Shown: in pieces, positions 1 to 10,751 of the stretch
Layout: every line of letters starts with the position of its first letter
Position numbering within the stretch: the first letter of the stretch is position 1
NCBI GenBank assembly: GCA_016840165.1
Contig: JAEOSU010000025.1
Coordinates: 1-64,000, forward strand
Direction: 5' to 3'
Source: Promethearchaeota archaeon
Lineage (GTDB): Archaea; Asgardarchaeota; Lokiarchaeia; Sigyniarchaeales; SOKP01
Length of the DNA stretch: 64,000 nt
Translations under genes and position numbers: made by a program
Notes under the pieces: model-generated
What the model was told of the DNA's origin: nothing
The model's database searches: none
What the model saw: the letters and a program-made list of their open reading frames with translations, nothing else

Positions 1-137
1 AAATGACTAAATCTGTGAAAAATCCTATTCCAAATATACTCCAAGCTGGTCAATGGGTATATAGTCCTTCTGGAATACCCATTGCGATCCTTACAGGATT
101 GGCAGCTGCCAAGAATTTAATGAAAAACAAAAAATGA
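1..137 (+). CDS. C-terminal fragment of a phytoene desaturase-like NAD(P)/FAD-dependent oxidoreductase (gene starts before the window)
   Basis: Frame 3 reads ...IPNILQAGQWVYSPSGIPIAILTGLAAAK...*, matching the C-terminal AGQW-x-P-GG-P-A-G-AA motif of this family; stop at 135-137. Confidence 0.65.
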   Translation, partial: MTKSVKNPIPNILQAGQWVYSPSGIPIAILTGLAAAKNLMKNKK

Positions 138-152
138 CTTTTTTACCCAAAC

Positions 153-1166
153 TTATAGGAAGAGTAGTATTAGTAAAAATACTATTGTACTGATAAGTCC
201 TAGGTAAGAAATTAAGATCATTCTATAAATAGGTTTTTTGATATCATCGCCTGACATGCCTTTAAATCCAGTTCTAGTAAGAAAAGTCTTTATTTCAGAA
301 TCTAAATCTTGTTGATTTTTAACCCCATATTTTTGCAAATCCTGCCTAATAATGAAGTGCTGGCTATGAGGAAAGATAAGAGCGTTTACTGGCTTAAAAG
401 GATCAATGATATTAGCCAGATAGGAGTTTGCCTTGATTGAAACTTGTTCTAAAGGTATGTTTGCCGCTTCTTTCACCATATCTGAGTCAAAAATTAGGGT
501 AAAAGGCTCTGAAAACTCACTTTTTATCTCTCCACCATAATCAACAATAAAATTTCCTTCAATCCAGAGAGATTCGTCTAATTGCCTTGAATCTTGTTTT
601 GTTAAGTCAACCGATAAAATGAATTCTTTATTTTTGGTGGGATTTCTAATATCAACCATTAATTCCCCGTAGTATGTAATGGCAAACAAGGCAGGATCAC
701 AGGTGTATCCACAAAATCCGTTCTTTGGGTCATAACTATTGGTATTCGTTTCATAATCACAAATAACCCAAGATAACATCCCAGTTTCTTTATTACGAGC
801 AATAATATAAAACTCGACTCGCGTGCCTATAAATCCGGATGTTCGAGCGGTAAATACGCTTGCAATTGCCATTGGGTACTTTTCATCACTTTTAAAAATT
901 GAAGCTTCTGCCAGTTCATATCCTTCAGGAAGCATATCTTGCGCTGTTGAAGTATCAGTTATCTTAAAAGATAGAAAGAAACTATAGGGGTCTACTATGA
1001 ATCCCATATACGGGACTTTTTTCTTGCCGCTCTCTGTAAATTTATGTTGCGTTTTTTTAGGAAGAGATGCACTGAAGCTACTCAAAAAACTAATGGCAGT
1101 TACATCTTGAGGCTTTACAAGAGATTCAGTCTTTTTTATAAAATTCCTTTTTTCTTCTTTGTCCAT
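153..1166 (-). CDS. Hypothetical protein, possible acetoacetate-decarboxylase-like fold, C-terminal TM anchor
   Basis: 337-aa ORF; paralogous to the neighbour (PYMGFI/V-PY, ARTSGF-G-R-E-Y-IA, FP-QH); hydrophobic C-terminus. Confidence 0.55.
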   Translation of the reverse strand: MDKEEKRNFIKKTESLVKPQDVTAISFLSSFSASLPKKTQHKFTESGKKKVPYMGFIVDPYSFFLSFKITDTSTAQDMLPEGYELAEASIFKSDEKYPMAIASVFTARTSGFIGTRVEFYIIARNKETGMLSWVICDYETNTNSYDPKNGFCGYTCDPALFAITYYGELMVDIRNPTKNKEFILSVDLTKQDSRQLDESLWIEGNFIVDYGGEIKSEFSEPFTLIFDSDMVKEAANIPLEQVSIKANSYLANIIDPFKPVNALIFPHSQHFIIRQDLQKYGVKNQQDLDSEIKTFLTRTGFKGMSGDDIKKPIYRMILISYLGLISTIVFLLILLFL

Positions 1167-1200
1167 TTATATCACAGTGCAACATTTTTCAAATCCATCT

Positions 1201-2217
1201 TCATAGATTAATTATCAATAAAATAAAAATGAATATAAATAATAACATAAATAAAGATAAGCCTATTAATAACATTTTTTTTATACCTCGTGTTGAAAAG
1301 GTTTTCATTTCTTTCATTTCTGCAATTTTGTTATAAGTTTCGATCATATCATCGACATTTTTGATATAGGTACGACAACCTGGACTATCAGCCATATAAT
1401 GTTGAGCAAAGGGAAAACATAACACCTTGCATAGTTCTGGTTTTGCAAAATCTGGATTAAGATTATTAAACTTTAAGTGAATATCTTCAATTGGAATATC
1501 TAAAGCCTTTTCAACTTCAGCAGGATCAAATATTACAGCAAGTGTATCATCTTTATTATCTGATTTCTTATCTGAAAATTTTATACTATGACCAATCGAT
1601 GTATTTCCTAGCACCCAAAGGGGTTTATCAAGGTTGCGCATTTTTCCATTGTTAATATTACCCGTTAAGATTATCTGTCGATCAGTCTTGTCTTCTTTAA
1701 AATCAAGTAGTATGTCTCCCTTTGAAGTAGTCGTATATATCGCATTTGTACTGTTTCTATCTGCGACCCCTACTGAAGGATCAGCAATAATTGTGTTGCT
1801 CAGAATATCGATAAAAATCCAAGAGATAAGACCAGTTTGTTTATCTTCTGCGATGAGATACGTTTCTAATCTAGAGCCCCAGAAAGTACTTGCTCGTGTA
1901 TTAAAAACCCCCATTCCAAAATAATACTCTGGTTCTTCATCTGCAAAAATTCTGGACTTTTTCAACTCATAGCGTTGCGGTAATAACGATTTTGCCTTCT
2001 CGATATTTTTAAGCTTAAAGAATAAAAACAGACAATAAGGTTCAATTACAAAACCCATGTAGGGAGTCTTTTTTGAAGTCTTAATTAAAAGTTTTTTAAA
2101 AAGGGAGCGAGGTAAAAGCCGTTTGAATGATTGGAAGAAATACAAATGGCTAACTTCCTTTGGATCAATTAAGTTTTCCACATTTCTGATAAATTTTTTA
2201 TCATCTAAAATTTTCAT
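1201..2217 (-). CDS. Hypothetical protein, paralog of 153..1166, C-terminal TM anchor
   Basis: Shared motifs with the downstream gene; ATG at 2217 preferred over TTG at 2223. Confidence 0.55.
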   Translation of the reverse strand: MKILDDKKFIRNVENLIDPKEVSHLYFFQSFKRLLPRSLFKKLLIKTSKKTPYMGFVIEPYCLFLFFKLKNIEKAKSLLPQRYELKKSRIFADEEPEYYFGMGVFNTRASTFWGSRLETYLIAEDKQTGLISWIFIDILSNTIIADPSVGVADRNSTNAIYTTTSKGDILLDFKEDKTDRQIILTGNINNGKMRNLDKPLWVLGNTSIGHSIKFSDKKSDNKDDTLAVIFDPAEVEKALDIPIEDIHLKFNNLNPDFAKPELCKVLCFPFAQHYMADSPGCRTYIKNVDDMIETYNKIAEMKEMKTFSTRGIKKMLLIGLSLFMLLFIFIFILLIINL

Positions 2218-2362
2218 ATTCAAAAATAGAAATAATTCCCCATATTAAAGTGCGTTACTAATAGATCATTAATAGTAATCAAAAACCAATTATAATTAAT
2301 CTTTTTGCTCTGCAAAAGGATAAATTGGCCCCAACAAATTTATCGGGATTTTTGAGTGTGAT

Positions 2363-3514
2363 TTATTTGTCTAAAATAGTATTAGTTTGTATGGCTTTTG
2401 GAAGCTGGTCGAAAATGGTTTTTGTTCCTTTTGTCTTATAAAGATCAATTAATTCATCCATATTAGTTATTTTTCCTTTAATGGCGGATAAATAAGCTAA
2501 AAGTGCTGTAGCAACCGCTTCTTTTGCATCCTCCGGCTTAAAATCGGGTTTTTTGTCCTCAAGGATACACTCTGTAAAGTAAGCATCTTCAATACCCATG
2601 GAAATGAAATAATATTTTGGAAATGCTCCATGATTAATTTTTGGAAGATACCACCCATCAGATTTTTCAGCATCTAATTCTTTAGAAGAATATAATCTTA
2701 TAGGATCCTTCCAAGAATGATTTTCTATCAATGTTCCTTTTGTTCCATAAACTTCTAAATGATTTGATGGAGTGGCGTTAACTGTAAAACTTAAGGTACA
2801 TTCAACAACAATCCCTGAACGATATTTTAAAAGGATGAAGGCATTATCTTCTGCTTTTCCCGGTAAATTAGTAATTTGTTTTGTAATCCAACAATAAGCT
2901 GATTCCACTTTATCATTTAAAATCCAATTCAGAGTAGCAAATTTATGAACTCCCATGTCCATTAATGCACCACCCCCCGCTTTTTCAATACTGGCTTTCC
3001 AAGATTTAGGATTATTAACATTATGAGTCTCATAGACACCTTCAAAGGTCCGGACCATGAAAGGATTTCCAATAAAACCTTGTTTAATAAAATCATAGAT
3101 AGATTGATGTGCTGGTAGGAATCGATGATTCTCTGCAATCATGAACTTCACACCCGCTTTATTTGTTGCTTCTATCATGTGATCACATCCTTCAAGGGAG
3201 GTTGCCATAGGTTTTTCACATAATATATGCTTTCCGGCTTTTGCTGCTTTAACTACAACCTCCTCATGGGCATGATGTGGAACTAAAATAAGCACAGCAT
3301 CAATATCACTTTCCAACATTGCTTCATACGTATCATAACACTTAAGATTAAAGATTTTAGCTAACTTTTTTCCTTTTTTGATATCGATATCAAATACTGA
3401 TGTGAAATTTATATTCGGATTATCTTTACTTCCCGCATAATGATAAGGCCAAGCAGAATTAACTGTATTTCCAATACCAACTAAACCATAATTAACACTA
3501 TCCATAGGTATCAA
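2363..3514 (-). CDS. Gfo/Idh/MocA family oxidoreductase
   Basis: GLVGIG Rossmann motif, AGKHILCEKP, GGGALMDMGVH. Confidence 0.92.
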   Translation of the reverse strand: MIPMDSVNYGLVGIGNTVNSAWPYHYAGSKDNPNINFTSVFDIDIKKGKKLAKIFNLKCYDTYEAMLESDIDAVLILVPHHAHEEVVVKAAKAGKHILCEKPMATSLEGCDHMIEATNKAGVKFMIAENHRFLPAHQSIYDFIKQGFIGNPFMVRTFEGVYETHNVNNPKSWKASIEKAGGGALMDMGVHKFATLNWILNDKVESAYCWITKQITNLPGKAEDNAFILLKYRSGIVVECTLSFTVNATPSNHLEVYGTKGTLIENHSWKDPIRLYSSKELDAEKSDGWYLPKINHGAFPKYYFISMGIEDAYFTECILEDKKPDFKPEDAKEAVATALLAYLSAIKGKITNMDELIDLYKTKGTKTIFDQLPKAIQTNTILDK

Positions 3515-3666
3515 AAATCATTCCATTTTAATTAGACTTTTCATTTTATATAGACTCTTGGACATAGAGGTAAAATTATAATTAATGCTACTAGATTTAG
3601 AATATTAAACATTTTTAACGGAATACATATTTTTATCAGTAATTAAGAGTAATTAGGTATGTTGAA

Positions 3667-4800
3667 ATGGCAGAACCAATTGGTTATAATAAAAAAAGAG
3701 TTAAAGAAATACTTAGCAAGAAAAATATTGACCTATTGATAGCCTCTACACCAGTAAATGTATTTTATACAACAGGGCTCCCAGTTACTCATGTTGCACC
3801 GAATCCTATTCTCTATGTATTATCAAATCAATATCCTAACCTTTCTATGGTCCGTAGAGATGGTGAGGAAAGTGCTATTGTATGGTCATTGTATGATAGT
3901 GTGGAAGAGTTTTCATGGGTACCCCCTAGCGATGTTTTTCGTGTGGGATCCTTAGAAGGCGCTGTAAAGAAGTTATTAGAAAAAATTGAAGAATGGGATT
4001 TAGGGAACAAAACTATTGGCCTTGAATCGTATATGCCACGATATCAATCTGAGGCTTTAGGAGGTAAATTTCCTGATGCAAATTTCGTAAATGGAGATCA
4101 AGCATTTATTGAAATGCGATTGATTAAAACTGAGGAAGAAATTCGAAGAATAAAGAAATCCACTGAAGTTGCAGAAAAAGCTATAGAAAGATGCATTGAA
4201 TCGGTTGAGTTAGGTGTAAAGGATACTGAGTTATTGAAAATTGCAAGAAGAACTATAGTAGATGAAGGAGCGTGGGGTTGGGATCATTTAACTATGAATA
4301 TCGGACCGTCGGATCCAGAAGCACCCGGTTTAGGAATTCCTGTGACTCCAAATGACATTGTAAGGTTCGATTTTGGTGCTGTTTGGGAAGGATATATTTC
4401 TGATGTGAGTCGAGGAGTAGTAATTGGTGAAGTTCCTAAGAAAGCTCAAGAAGCAATGGATTATATGATTCAAGTTCAAGAATATTGTGCAGAAAATATT
4501 AAGCCTGGGGTGAATGCAAAGGAATTAAAAGAAGAAGCAACTAATTATTTGAAATCAATTACAAAAAGAGGTTTTTACCTCATTACTGCCCACAGCATAG
4601 GATTGGAATGTGAGGAAACGCATTTATTTGGACCTAGTGGCGCAATGGATATTCCTTTTGAAGAGAATATGGTTCTTGATCTTGAAGTATGGCTTAATGT
4701 TCGGAGTCAGGGTTTGGTAGGAATAGAGGATTGCTATCGAGTTAGTGGTACTGGTTGTGAGCGGTTATCTAAACTTGATAAACAAATCATAGTAAAATAG
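3667..4800 (+). CDS. M24 (Xaa-Pro peptidase/creatinase-like) family protein
   Basis: MRLIKTEEEI, DFGAVWEGYISDVSR, AHSIGLE, IED motifs. Confidence 0.88.
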   Translation: MAEPIGYNKKRVKEILSKKNIDLLIASTPVNVFYTTGLPVTHVAPNPILYVLSNQYPNLSMVRRDGEESAIVWSLYDSVEEFSWVPPSDVFRVGSLEGAVKKLLEKIEEWDLGNKTIGLESYMPRYQSEALGGKFPDANFVNGDQAFIEMRLIKTEEEIRRIKKSTEVAEKAIERCIESVELGVKDTELLKIARRTIVDEGAWGWDHLTMNIGPSDPEAPGLGIPVTPNDIVRFDFGAVWEGYISDVSRGVVIGEVPKKAQEAMDYMIQVQEYCAENIKPGVNAKELKEEATNYLKSITKRGFYLITAHSIGLECEETHLFGPSGAMDIPFEENMVLDLEVWLNVRSQGLVGIEDCYRVSGTGCERLSKLDKQIIVK

Positions 4801-4812
4801 AGATGATTTTAT

Positions 4813-5592
4813 ATGCGAATGGAAGATAAAGTAGTTGTCATAACAGGAGCGGCATCAGGTATAGGTCAAGCCACCGCTAAGTTATTTGCCCAAGAAGGAG
4901 CAATTCAAATTCTCTCCGATATTGATGAAGAAGGATTAAGAGAGACATTTGATATGTTAAAGGAAGAAGAACAGAATAGAACTACAATCATGAAGATTGA
5001 TGTGACTCAACCAGAAGAAGTAAAAGAAATGATGCAACATATTATTGAAGTATTTAATAAGATAGATGTATTAATTGTGAATGCGGGAGTAGTACGAGTA
5101 GGTCCAGTTGAAACCTTTCCAGATGCGGATTATGACCTATTAATCAATGTAAATTTAAAGGGAACTCATTATACATGCAAGTTTGCGATACCCTATTTTA
5201 AAAAGCAAAAATTTGGATCAATTATAACTCTAGCTTCTGTTGCGGCTCATATCGGCCAAACTGCTCATGCTAATTATTGTTCAACGAAAGCAGGTGTCCT
5301 TGGGTATACCAGAGCGTTAGCATTGGATTTAGCTCCATATAATGTTAGAGTTAATAGTGTTTCACCTGGAGCAACAGATACACCGATGTTGCAAAGTGAT
5401 GTTGCAAAACAAGCTCGTGATAGAGGTATGTCATATGAAGAAGTAAAGAAAGAATTTGAAGAAGAAGGAGTACTGGGGCGATGGGCTACACCCGAAGAAA
5501 TTGCTAATGGAATCCTCTTTTTAGCCTCTGAAGAATCCTCCTATATCACTGGAGCTGACTTGAGAATAGATGGTGGATGGACTACGAGATAA
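4813..5592 (+). CDS. SDR family oxidoreductase
   Basis: TGAASGIG, NAG, YCSTK, IDGG. Confidence 0.93.
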   Translation: MRMEDKVVVITGAASGIGQATAKLFAQEGAIQILSDIDEEGLRETFDMLKEEEQNRTTIMKIDVTQPEEVKEMMQHIIEVFNKIDVLIVNAGVVRVGPVETFPDADYDLLINVNLKGTHYTCKFAIPYFKKQKFGSIITLASVAAHIGQTAHANYCSTKAGVLGYTRALALDLAPYNVRVNSVSPGATDTPMLQSDVAKQARDRGMSYEEVKKEFEEEGVLGRWATPEEIANGILFLASEESSYITGADLRIDGGWTTR

Positions 5593-5612
5593 TAGCCGAG
5601 AAAGAAAAGATA

Positions 5613-6362
5613 TTACATAGTCATTCCGCCATCAATCAAAAGGCTTACACCAGTGCAAAATTCATTTGTAGCTAAAAATAATACCCCTTCAGCGATTTCC
5701 TCAGGTTTTCCAAGACGTTTTAGTGGTTGTCTATCAATATAGCTTTGCCTAGTTTTATTATAATCGCCCCCACGACTTTTAATTCTCTCAGTTAGAGAAG
5801 GAGTGTCAGTGGTACCTGGACATATTCCGTTTACCCTAATACCATCTTGAAGATAATCCGAAGCCATCGCTCTCGTCATTGAAAGGACTGCTCCTTTGGA
5901 TGCAGTATAAGCCGCACGATTAGGAACTCCTTTGAAAGCTACAGAAGAGGCATTATTTATGATACATCCTTTAGTTTTTTTTAAATAAGGAATTGCGTAT
6001 TTTGATACTAAATACACGCCTCGAACATTTACAGCCATTGTTCGATCCCAATCTTCAGTTGAAATAGAGTCAATAGCTCCACCCAAAACTATGCCAGCAT
6101 TGTTAAATAAAATATCTATCTTTTCATACTCATTAATTGTCTGCTCTATTATATATCTTGCCTCTTGCTCATTTGATACATCTCCTTGAATAAAAATTGC
6201 ATCTCCACCTTTTTCAAGTATATCATCAGCAACATTTAATGCTGATTGAGAAAGAGAGTTGCAACAGACTATAGCACCCTCCCTAGCAAATAATTTAGCA
6301 GTAGCTTCTCCTATACCTGCTCCTGCTCCCGTAATAATTGCCACTTTATTTTTCAGTTTCAT
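5613..6362 (-). CDS. SDR family oxidoreductase
   Basis: TGAGAGIG, NNAG, YTASK, IDGG. Confidence 0.93.
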   Translation of the reverse strand: MKLKNKVAIITGAGAGIGEATAKLFAREGAIVCCNSLSQSALNVADDILEKGGDAIFIQGDVSNEQEARYIIEQTINEYEKIDILFNNAGIVLGGAIDSISTEDWDRTMAVNVRGVYLVSKYAIPYLKKTKGCIINNASSVAFKGVPNRAAYTASKGAVLSMTRAMASDYLQDGIRVNGICPGTTDTPSLTERIKSRGGDYNKTRQSYIDRQPLKRLGKPEEIAEGVLFLATNEFCTGVSLLIDGGMTM

Positions 6363-6391
6363 ATTTATACCCTTAAATTTTTTATTTAAAA

Positions 6392-7189
6392 TTATAAATC
6401 AATAATTTTACGTGCTTCAGAAGGATCTGCTATTTCACGATTCATTTCTCTACTAATTTTAACCATTCTTGACACTAATTCGGCATTATTTTTTGCTGGA
6501 TGTCCCTCTTTGATAAAAGGGAAATCTTCTGTCCCAACCCGCACATTACCTCCATTGGCAATAGATAAAGTCGCGATTTTAGTTTGTTCTGGTCCCATTA
6601 TGCTTACGGAATGAAGACAATTTTCGGGCATATACTTCACTCTATGAAGATACTCATCTGCTGTGGCAGGAGACCAGGTCCCACCTGGCCAATTAAAAAA
6701 TAAAGTTAAAACATGGGGAGCTTCTACTAATCCTTTCTTGATTAAAAAATTCAGATTCCAATATGATCCAGTATGCCAAACTTCCCATTCAGGCTTGATT
6801 TTGAACTTTTTACACGTCAGACAATATTGCTCTAATTCATCTAGATCGTGTATTTGATTGACACTTAATCCAGTGAAATGCTCATCATGATGGTTGAGTA
6901 TAATTGAGAGCATATCTGGTTTTGCATAAAAATCTGGAGTACGTTCTTCTATAGGATAGCTAGACATCCCTCCTTGAATAATAATATCGCATTTTTCTCT
7001 AATTCTTTTTACAATTTCTTCTTCTTCTCCTCTTGGAAGATGGACATGAGCAATAGCAGCTCCCGCTTCATAGCATTGCACTACGTCGTTAATTAAGTCA
7101 TTGGTATTTTCCGCCCAATTTTTTACATTAGGATATATCCAGGAATTTGCAGTTGTTGCGGTAATTATCATCTTTTCATATTTTTCCAT
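6392..7189 (-). CDS. BKACE / 3-keto-5-aminohexanoate cleavage (DUF849) family protein
   Basis: AGAAIAHVH, GGNVRVGTED, NAELV and REIA-P-EAR motifs; ATG at 7189 follows a GTGA SD. Confidence 0.88.
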   Translation of the reverse strand: MEKYEKMIITATTANSWIYPNVKNWAENTNDLINDVVQCYEAGAAIAHVHLPRGEEEEIVKRIREKCDIIIQGGMSSYPIEERTPDFYAKPDMLSIILNHHDEHFTGLSVNQIHDLDELEQYCLTCKKFKIKPEWEVWHTGSYWNLNFLIKKGLVEAPHVLTLFFNWPGGTWSPATADEYLHRVKYMPENCLHSVSIMGPEQTKIATLSIANGGNVRVGTEDFPFIKEGHPAKNNAELVSRMVKISREMNREIADPSEARKIIDL

Positions 7190-7279
7190 CAAAATTATCA
7201 CGTAAATATTGAATTTTATATTAATGTTAGAAATTATTACTGAGATATAAATTGTATTTTCATTAGAAGAAAACTAGCA

Positions 7280-8317
7280 TTATCGAGAGACTCTCCCTGA
7301 AAGGTCTCCTTTCATAATTTTTAATACTTCATCAACAGATACTAAATTAAAATCTCCAAAAATCGTGTGCTTAAGACAAGATGACGCAACAGCAAAGTTT
7401 AAAGCTTTCTGAGGGGTATTTTCAAAATTTTGAAGTCCATATATCAATCCTGCCGCAAAAGAATCCCCTCCTCCAACTCTATCAATAATATAAGCAATGT
7501 CATAGTGAGGAGCAAAATATGTTCTCTTTTTATCATAAAGAATACCAGACCATGTATTATGGCTAGCAGAGAGAGAACCTCGTAAAGTAATAGCGATATA
7601 CTTCAAATTGGGGTACTTTTGTGAAATTTCCTTAACAACTGTTTCGTATTTACTTGAATCAATTTTTCCAGAAGTAACATCAATAGCGGGTGCTTTGATG
7701 CCGAGTACTTTTTCCGCATCCTCTTCGTTACCAATAGCAATATCACAAAAACTTACTAATTTGGGCATAATATCAATTGGTTTCTTACCATACTTCCAGA
7801 GTTTACTCCGATAATTAAGATCACATGAAATAGTTATGTTTTTCGATTTAGCTACTTGAAGAGCATCGAGACATATATCTGCTAAATTTTGAGATATCGC
7901 AGGAGTAATTCCCGTCCAATGAAACCATGATACACCCTCGAAGTTTTGTTCCCAATCAAACATATCAGGAGTAGCTGTAGCAATTGCTGAATTATCACGA
8001 TCGTATATTACTTTACTTGCACGGGCAGAAGCACCTACCTCAAGAAAATAGATTCCTATTCGCTCTCCCCCCATTATGATTTTCTCTGTATTAACTCCAT
8101 ATTGCCGTAAATATTGAATACAAGCCAAACCTAGATCATTATTTGGTAATCGGGTAATAAATTCGACGGGAAGCCCAAAATTTGCTAGTGATACCGCTAC
8201 ATTTGCTTCTCCTCCTCCATAAATTACATCAAATGATCGAGCTTGAGTAAATCTTTTAAAATTTGGAGGAGAAAGCCTTAACATGATTTCTCCAAAAGTA
8301 AGAATGGAGTTTTTCAA
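7280..8317 (-). CDS. kdgK: 2-keto-3-deoxygluconate kinase (PfkB family)
   Basis: FGEIMLRLSP, GGGEANVA, DLNYRSKLW, DRVGGGDSFAAG. Confidence 0.88.
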   Translation of the reverse strand: MKNSILTFGEIMLRLSPPNFKRFTQARSFDVIYGGGEANVAVSLANFGLPVEFITRLPNNDLGLACIQYLRQYGVNTEKIIMGGERIGIYFLEVGASARASKVIYDRDNSAIATATPDMFDWEQNFEGVSWFHWTGITPAISQNLADICLDALQVAKSKNITISCDLNYRSKLWKYGKKPIDIMPKLVSFCDIAIGNEEDAEKVLGIKAPAIDVTSGKIDSSKYETVVKEISQKYPNLKYIAITLRGSLSASHNTWSGILYDKKRTYFAPHYDIAYIIDRVGGGDSFAAGLIYGLQNFENTPQKALNFAVASSCLKHTIFGDFNLVSVDEVLKIMKGDLSGRVSR

Positions 8318-8429
8318 TTTAATTCACTTTTATCAATAATAAATCTGACTATTTTTATCTAGTAATAGATCTTATATTAAGGATAAACGTTTTATTAGTA
8401 AAATAAATAAAAAAAATTTTAAAGAAAAA

Positions 8430-8996
8430 TTATAATTTTGAGCCACAAAAGGCACAATATTGAGAGCCTTCTCTAATTTTATTGCCACAATATACACAGT
8501 AACTTTTTCCTTCTGAAGGAAGTGCTGAATCAAGTTTTTTAGGAGCTTGAAAGTTTTCTACCGGAGTATAACTTACGTCTTCTCCTAAAATAACCTCACC
8601 TGTATCTGAATTAAAGCGATAGGTTATAGCTCCAATTGCTCGCAAATCTACTAGTACTCGGAGTACATCTTTAGGTTTTATTCCAACCTCAAGTGCTAAA
8701 TCTTCTAAATTAAATGTTGATTGTTTTCCCCGATCTAAGATGGCATTCTTAACAGCTTTTTTAAATTTACTATTGGTATATAGTTGTGAAAATCCACCAA
8801 TGAAAATAAAGAATGCTGGAATAAATAACCAATATCCCCAGTAGGAAAGTCCGATGAAATCGAAATCGGGAAAATATCTTAACACCAAGGAGATTATCGC
8901 TACAAATAAGAAAACAATACCTGTAGCAAAAGTTCCTATTGCTGCTTCATATTTTTGTTTTGAATAATATCTCTGTTTGTCTCTATCATAAGACAT
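8430..8996 (-). CDS. Membrane protein with two TM helices, winged-helix-like middle and C-terminal zinc ribbon
   Basis: Two hydrophobic segments, LEDLALEVGI..VL..L pattern, CVYCG...CAFCG. Confidence 0.7.
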   Translation of the reverse strand: MSYDRDKQRYYSKQKYEAAIGTFATGIVFLFVAIISLVLRYFPDFDFIGLSYWGYWLFIPAFFIFIGGFSQLYTNSKFKKAVKNAILDRGKQSTFNLEDLALEVGIKPKDVLRVLVDLRAIGAITYRFNSDTGEVILGEDVSYTPVENFQAPKKLDSALPSEGKSYCVYCGNKIREGSQYCAFCGSKL

Positions 8997-9140
8997 TTCT
9001 TAATCACTTCTTAGTATTGAATTATATTTTCAATATAATTTAAGATTCAAAATAATGTAATATATATTAGGATTATAGAGTCCAATATTTAATGAATTGG
9101 TTGTTATTTAAATTACTTAATTTTTAGACTTATATTATAA

Positions 9141-10751
9141 TTAAAAAATATTGAAAACTTTGCCCATCCAGTAAACCACTAAATAAGAATTAGGGATGAC
9201 TTGTTTCAATCCATCTCCAGTTGGGTTTCCTCCTTCGCCAAAAAACTTACTGTGTTCCCACTCGAAATGATGTACTCCCATTTCTGATACTGTCAGGGGT
9301 AATGAATATTGAATATCATCAAAATCGATCAGATCACCAAGCCATGCAAATAAGCTGCCATAAATATTATTCTCGAAGAAATTTTGCCATTTTGCCCTGT
9401 CTGGATTTACTTCCATAATAGCAATCTCAGGATTAAGGCTTGTGGCTCGAGTAGAATTCGGTCGTTGAGTTAAGTTATAATTGCGAATACCTTCACCCCA
9501 ACCGGAGGTATTGAACCGCCATAATTGATCTAGTACATCCCATCTAATCATCTCATCGGTGTATTCTGATTTTTCAAAAAGTGATGAATCTGGTACTAAT
9601 GTCATAAACGCTAAATGAATAATATTAAAGTAAGCATTTCTATGATAGCGTAAATAATCATAAAATCCCTTTTCGAAATTTTTAATATAATGTAATTGTA
9701 ATTGAGGATCATCTTCTAACATGATAAGAGAAAACATGACATCCATGGAAAACGCTAATGCATAGGTATCATAAGCAGTATTTGCTCTGTCTGATTTACC
9801 TAAACCATTCATCGAAAGCATCTTAGTCGCTGCGTAATGATATAATGAATCATATTTTTCGGGAAGCGCAGTTGCTCCAATTCTTAATAAAGTAATTTGC
9901 CAGGGACTACCCTCGAAAATTGGATTGAGATCAGAGCCAGTTGGTTCTCCGTTCCCACCTAACACAAGCCAATTAGTTTTTCTAAATCCTTCAATCATTT
10001 GCTCAGTTAAGAGTTTAATTCGTTCGACACACCATCTACTATCTTCATTAAGCGTAGGATCGATAAATTTTAAAACTGAGGCAAACCCTAAATAATATCC
10101 AGCAAGTTCATCCCTACTGGTGTGGAGTCGCACTCTCCAGTTACTATATTTACCCGTACCATTAAAATGGCGAGGATGAGGCTGGAATAACCATTCATGA
10201 TATTTTCTATTTTCTGGAGCACATACAAATCTAGCGGGTGTACCGGGATACTCAGGTCCTATCCCTCCATTTGGGGCTGCGAGCATATTACTAAATCCTG
10301 ATACACATTTCTTTACCATTCTCGTTGCATTTTCAATTTCAGCAGGATCTCCACTATCTACTGCTGCTTTATAGCGAAAGCATTGAGAAGCTAAAGTATA
10401 ACCCAAATGAAGAGCACCATTGTCTGTTCCATACCATTCTTGAACATCTGTATAGCTATCATTAGAAAAAGTCACATCTATACTAATATTAGTTGGTATA
10501 TGATATTTTTCTAGTTGATAATCATATCTATGGGCCATTTGTTCAAGATAGGATTGATTTCCTAGTAGTTGTTCAAGTGGAGTGAAATAGTTAGTATTTG
10601 GGGGATCCAATTCGAGAGTAAATGATGCAATATCATCAATAATATATAAAGCAAATCCTGCATAGCTACCAAACCCAATAAGTGGAATTAGAAACAGGAT
10701 CGTAATTAGAATGTTTTTCTTCGGTAAATTCTTTCGTGTTCTTATTCTCAT
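9141..10751 (-). CDS. Hypothetical membrane-anchored/secreted protein
   Basis: 536-aa ORF with basic N-terminus and a TM helix; no family recognised. Confidence 0.6.
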   Translation of the reverse strand: MRIRTRKNLPKKNILITILFLIPLIGFGSYAGFALYIIDDIASFTLELDPPNTNYFTPLEQLLGNQSYLEQMAHRYDYQLEKYHIPTNISIDVTFSNDSYTDVQEWYGTDNGALHLGYTLASQCFRYKAAVDSGDPAEIENATRMVKKCVSGFSNMLAAPNGGIGPEYPGTPARFVCAPENRKYHEWLFQPHPRHFNGTGKYSNWRVRLHTSRDELAGYYLGFASVLKFIDPTLNEDSRWCVERIKLLTEQMIEGFRKTNWLVLGGNGEPTGSDLNPIFEGSPWQITLLRIGATALPEKYDSLYHYAATKMLSMNGLGKSDRANTAYDTYALAFSMDVMFSLIMLEDDPQLQLHYIKNFEKGFYDYLRYHRNAYFNIIHLAFMTLVPDSSLFEKSEYTDEMIRWDVLDQLWRFNTSGWGEGIRNYNLTQRPNSTRATSLNPEIAIMEVNPDRAKWQNFFENNIYGSLFAWLGDLIDFDDIQYSLPLTVSEMGVHHFEWEHSKFFGEGGNPTGDGLKQVIPNSYLVVYWMGKVFNIF

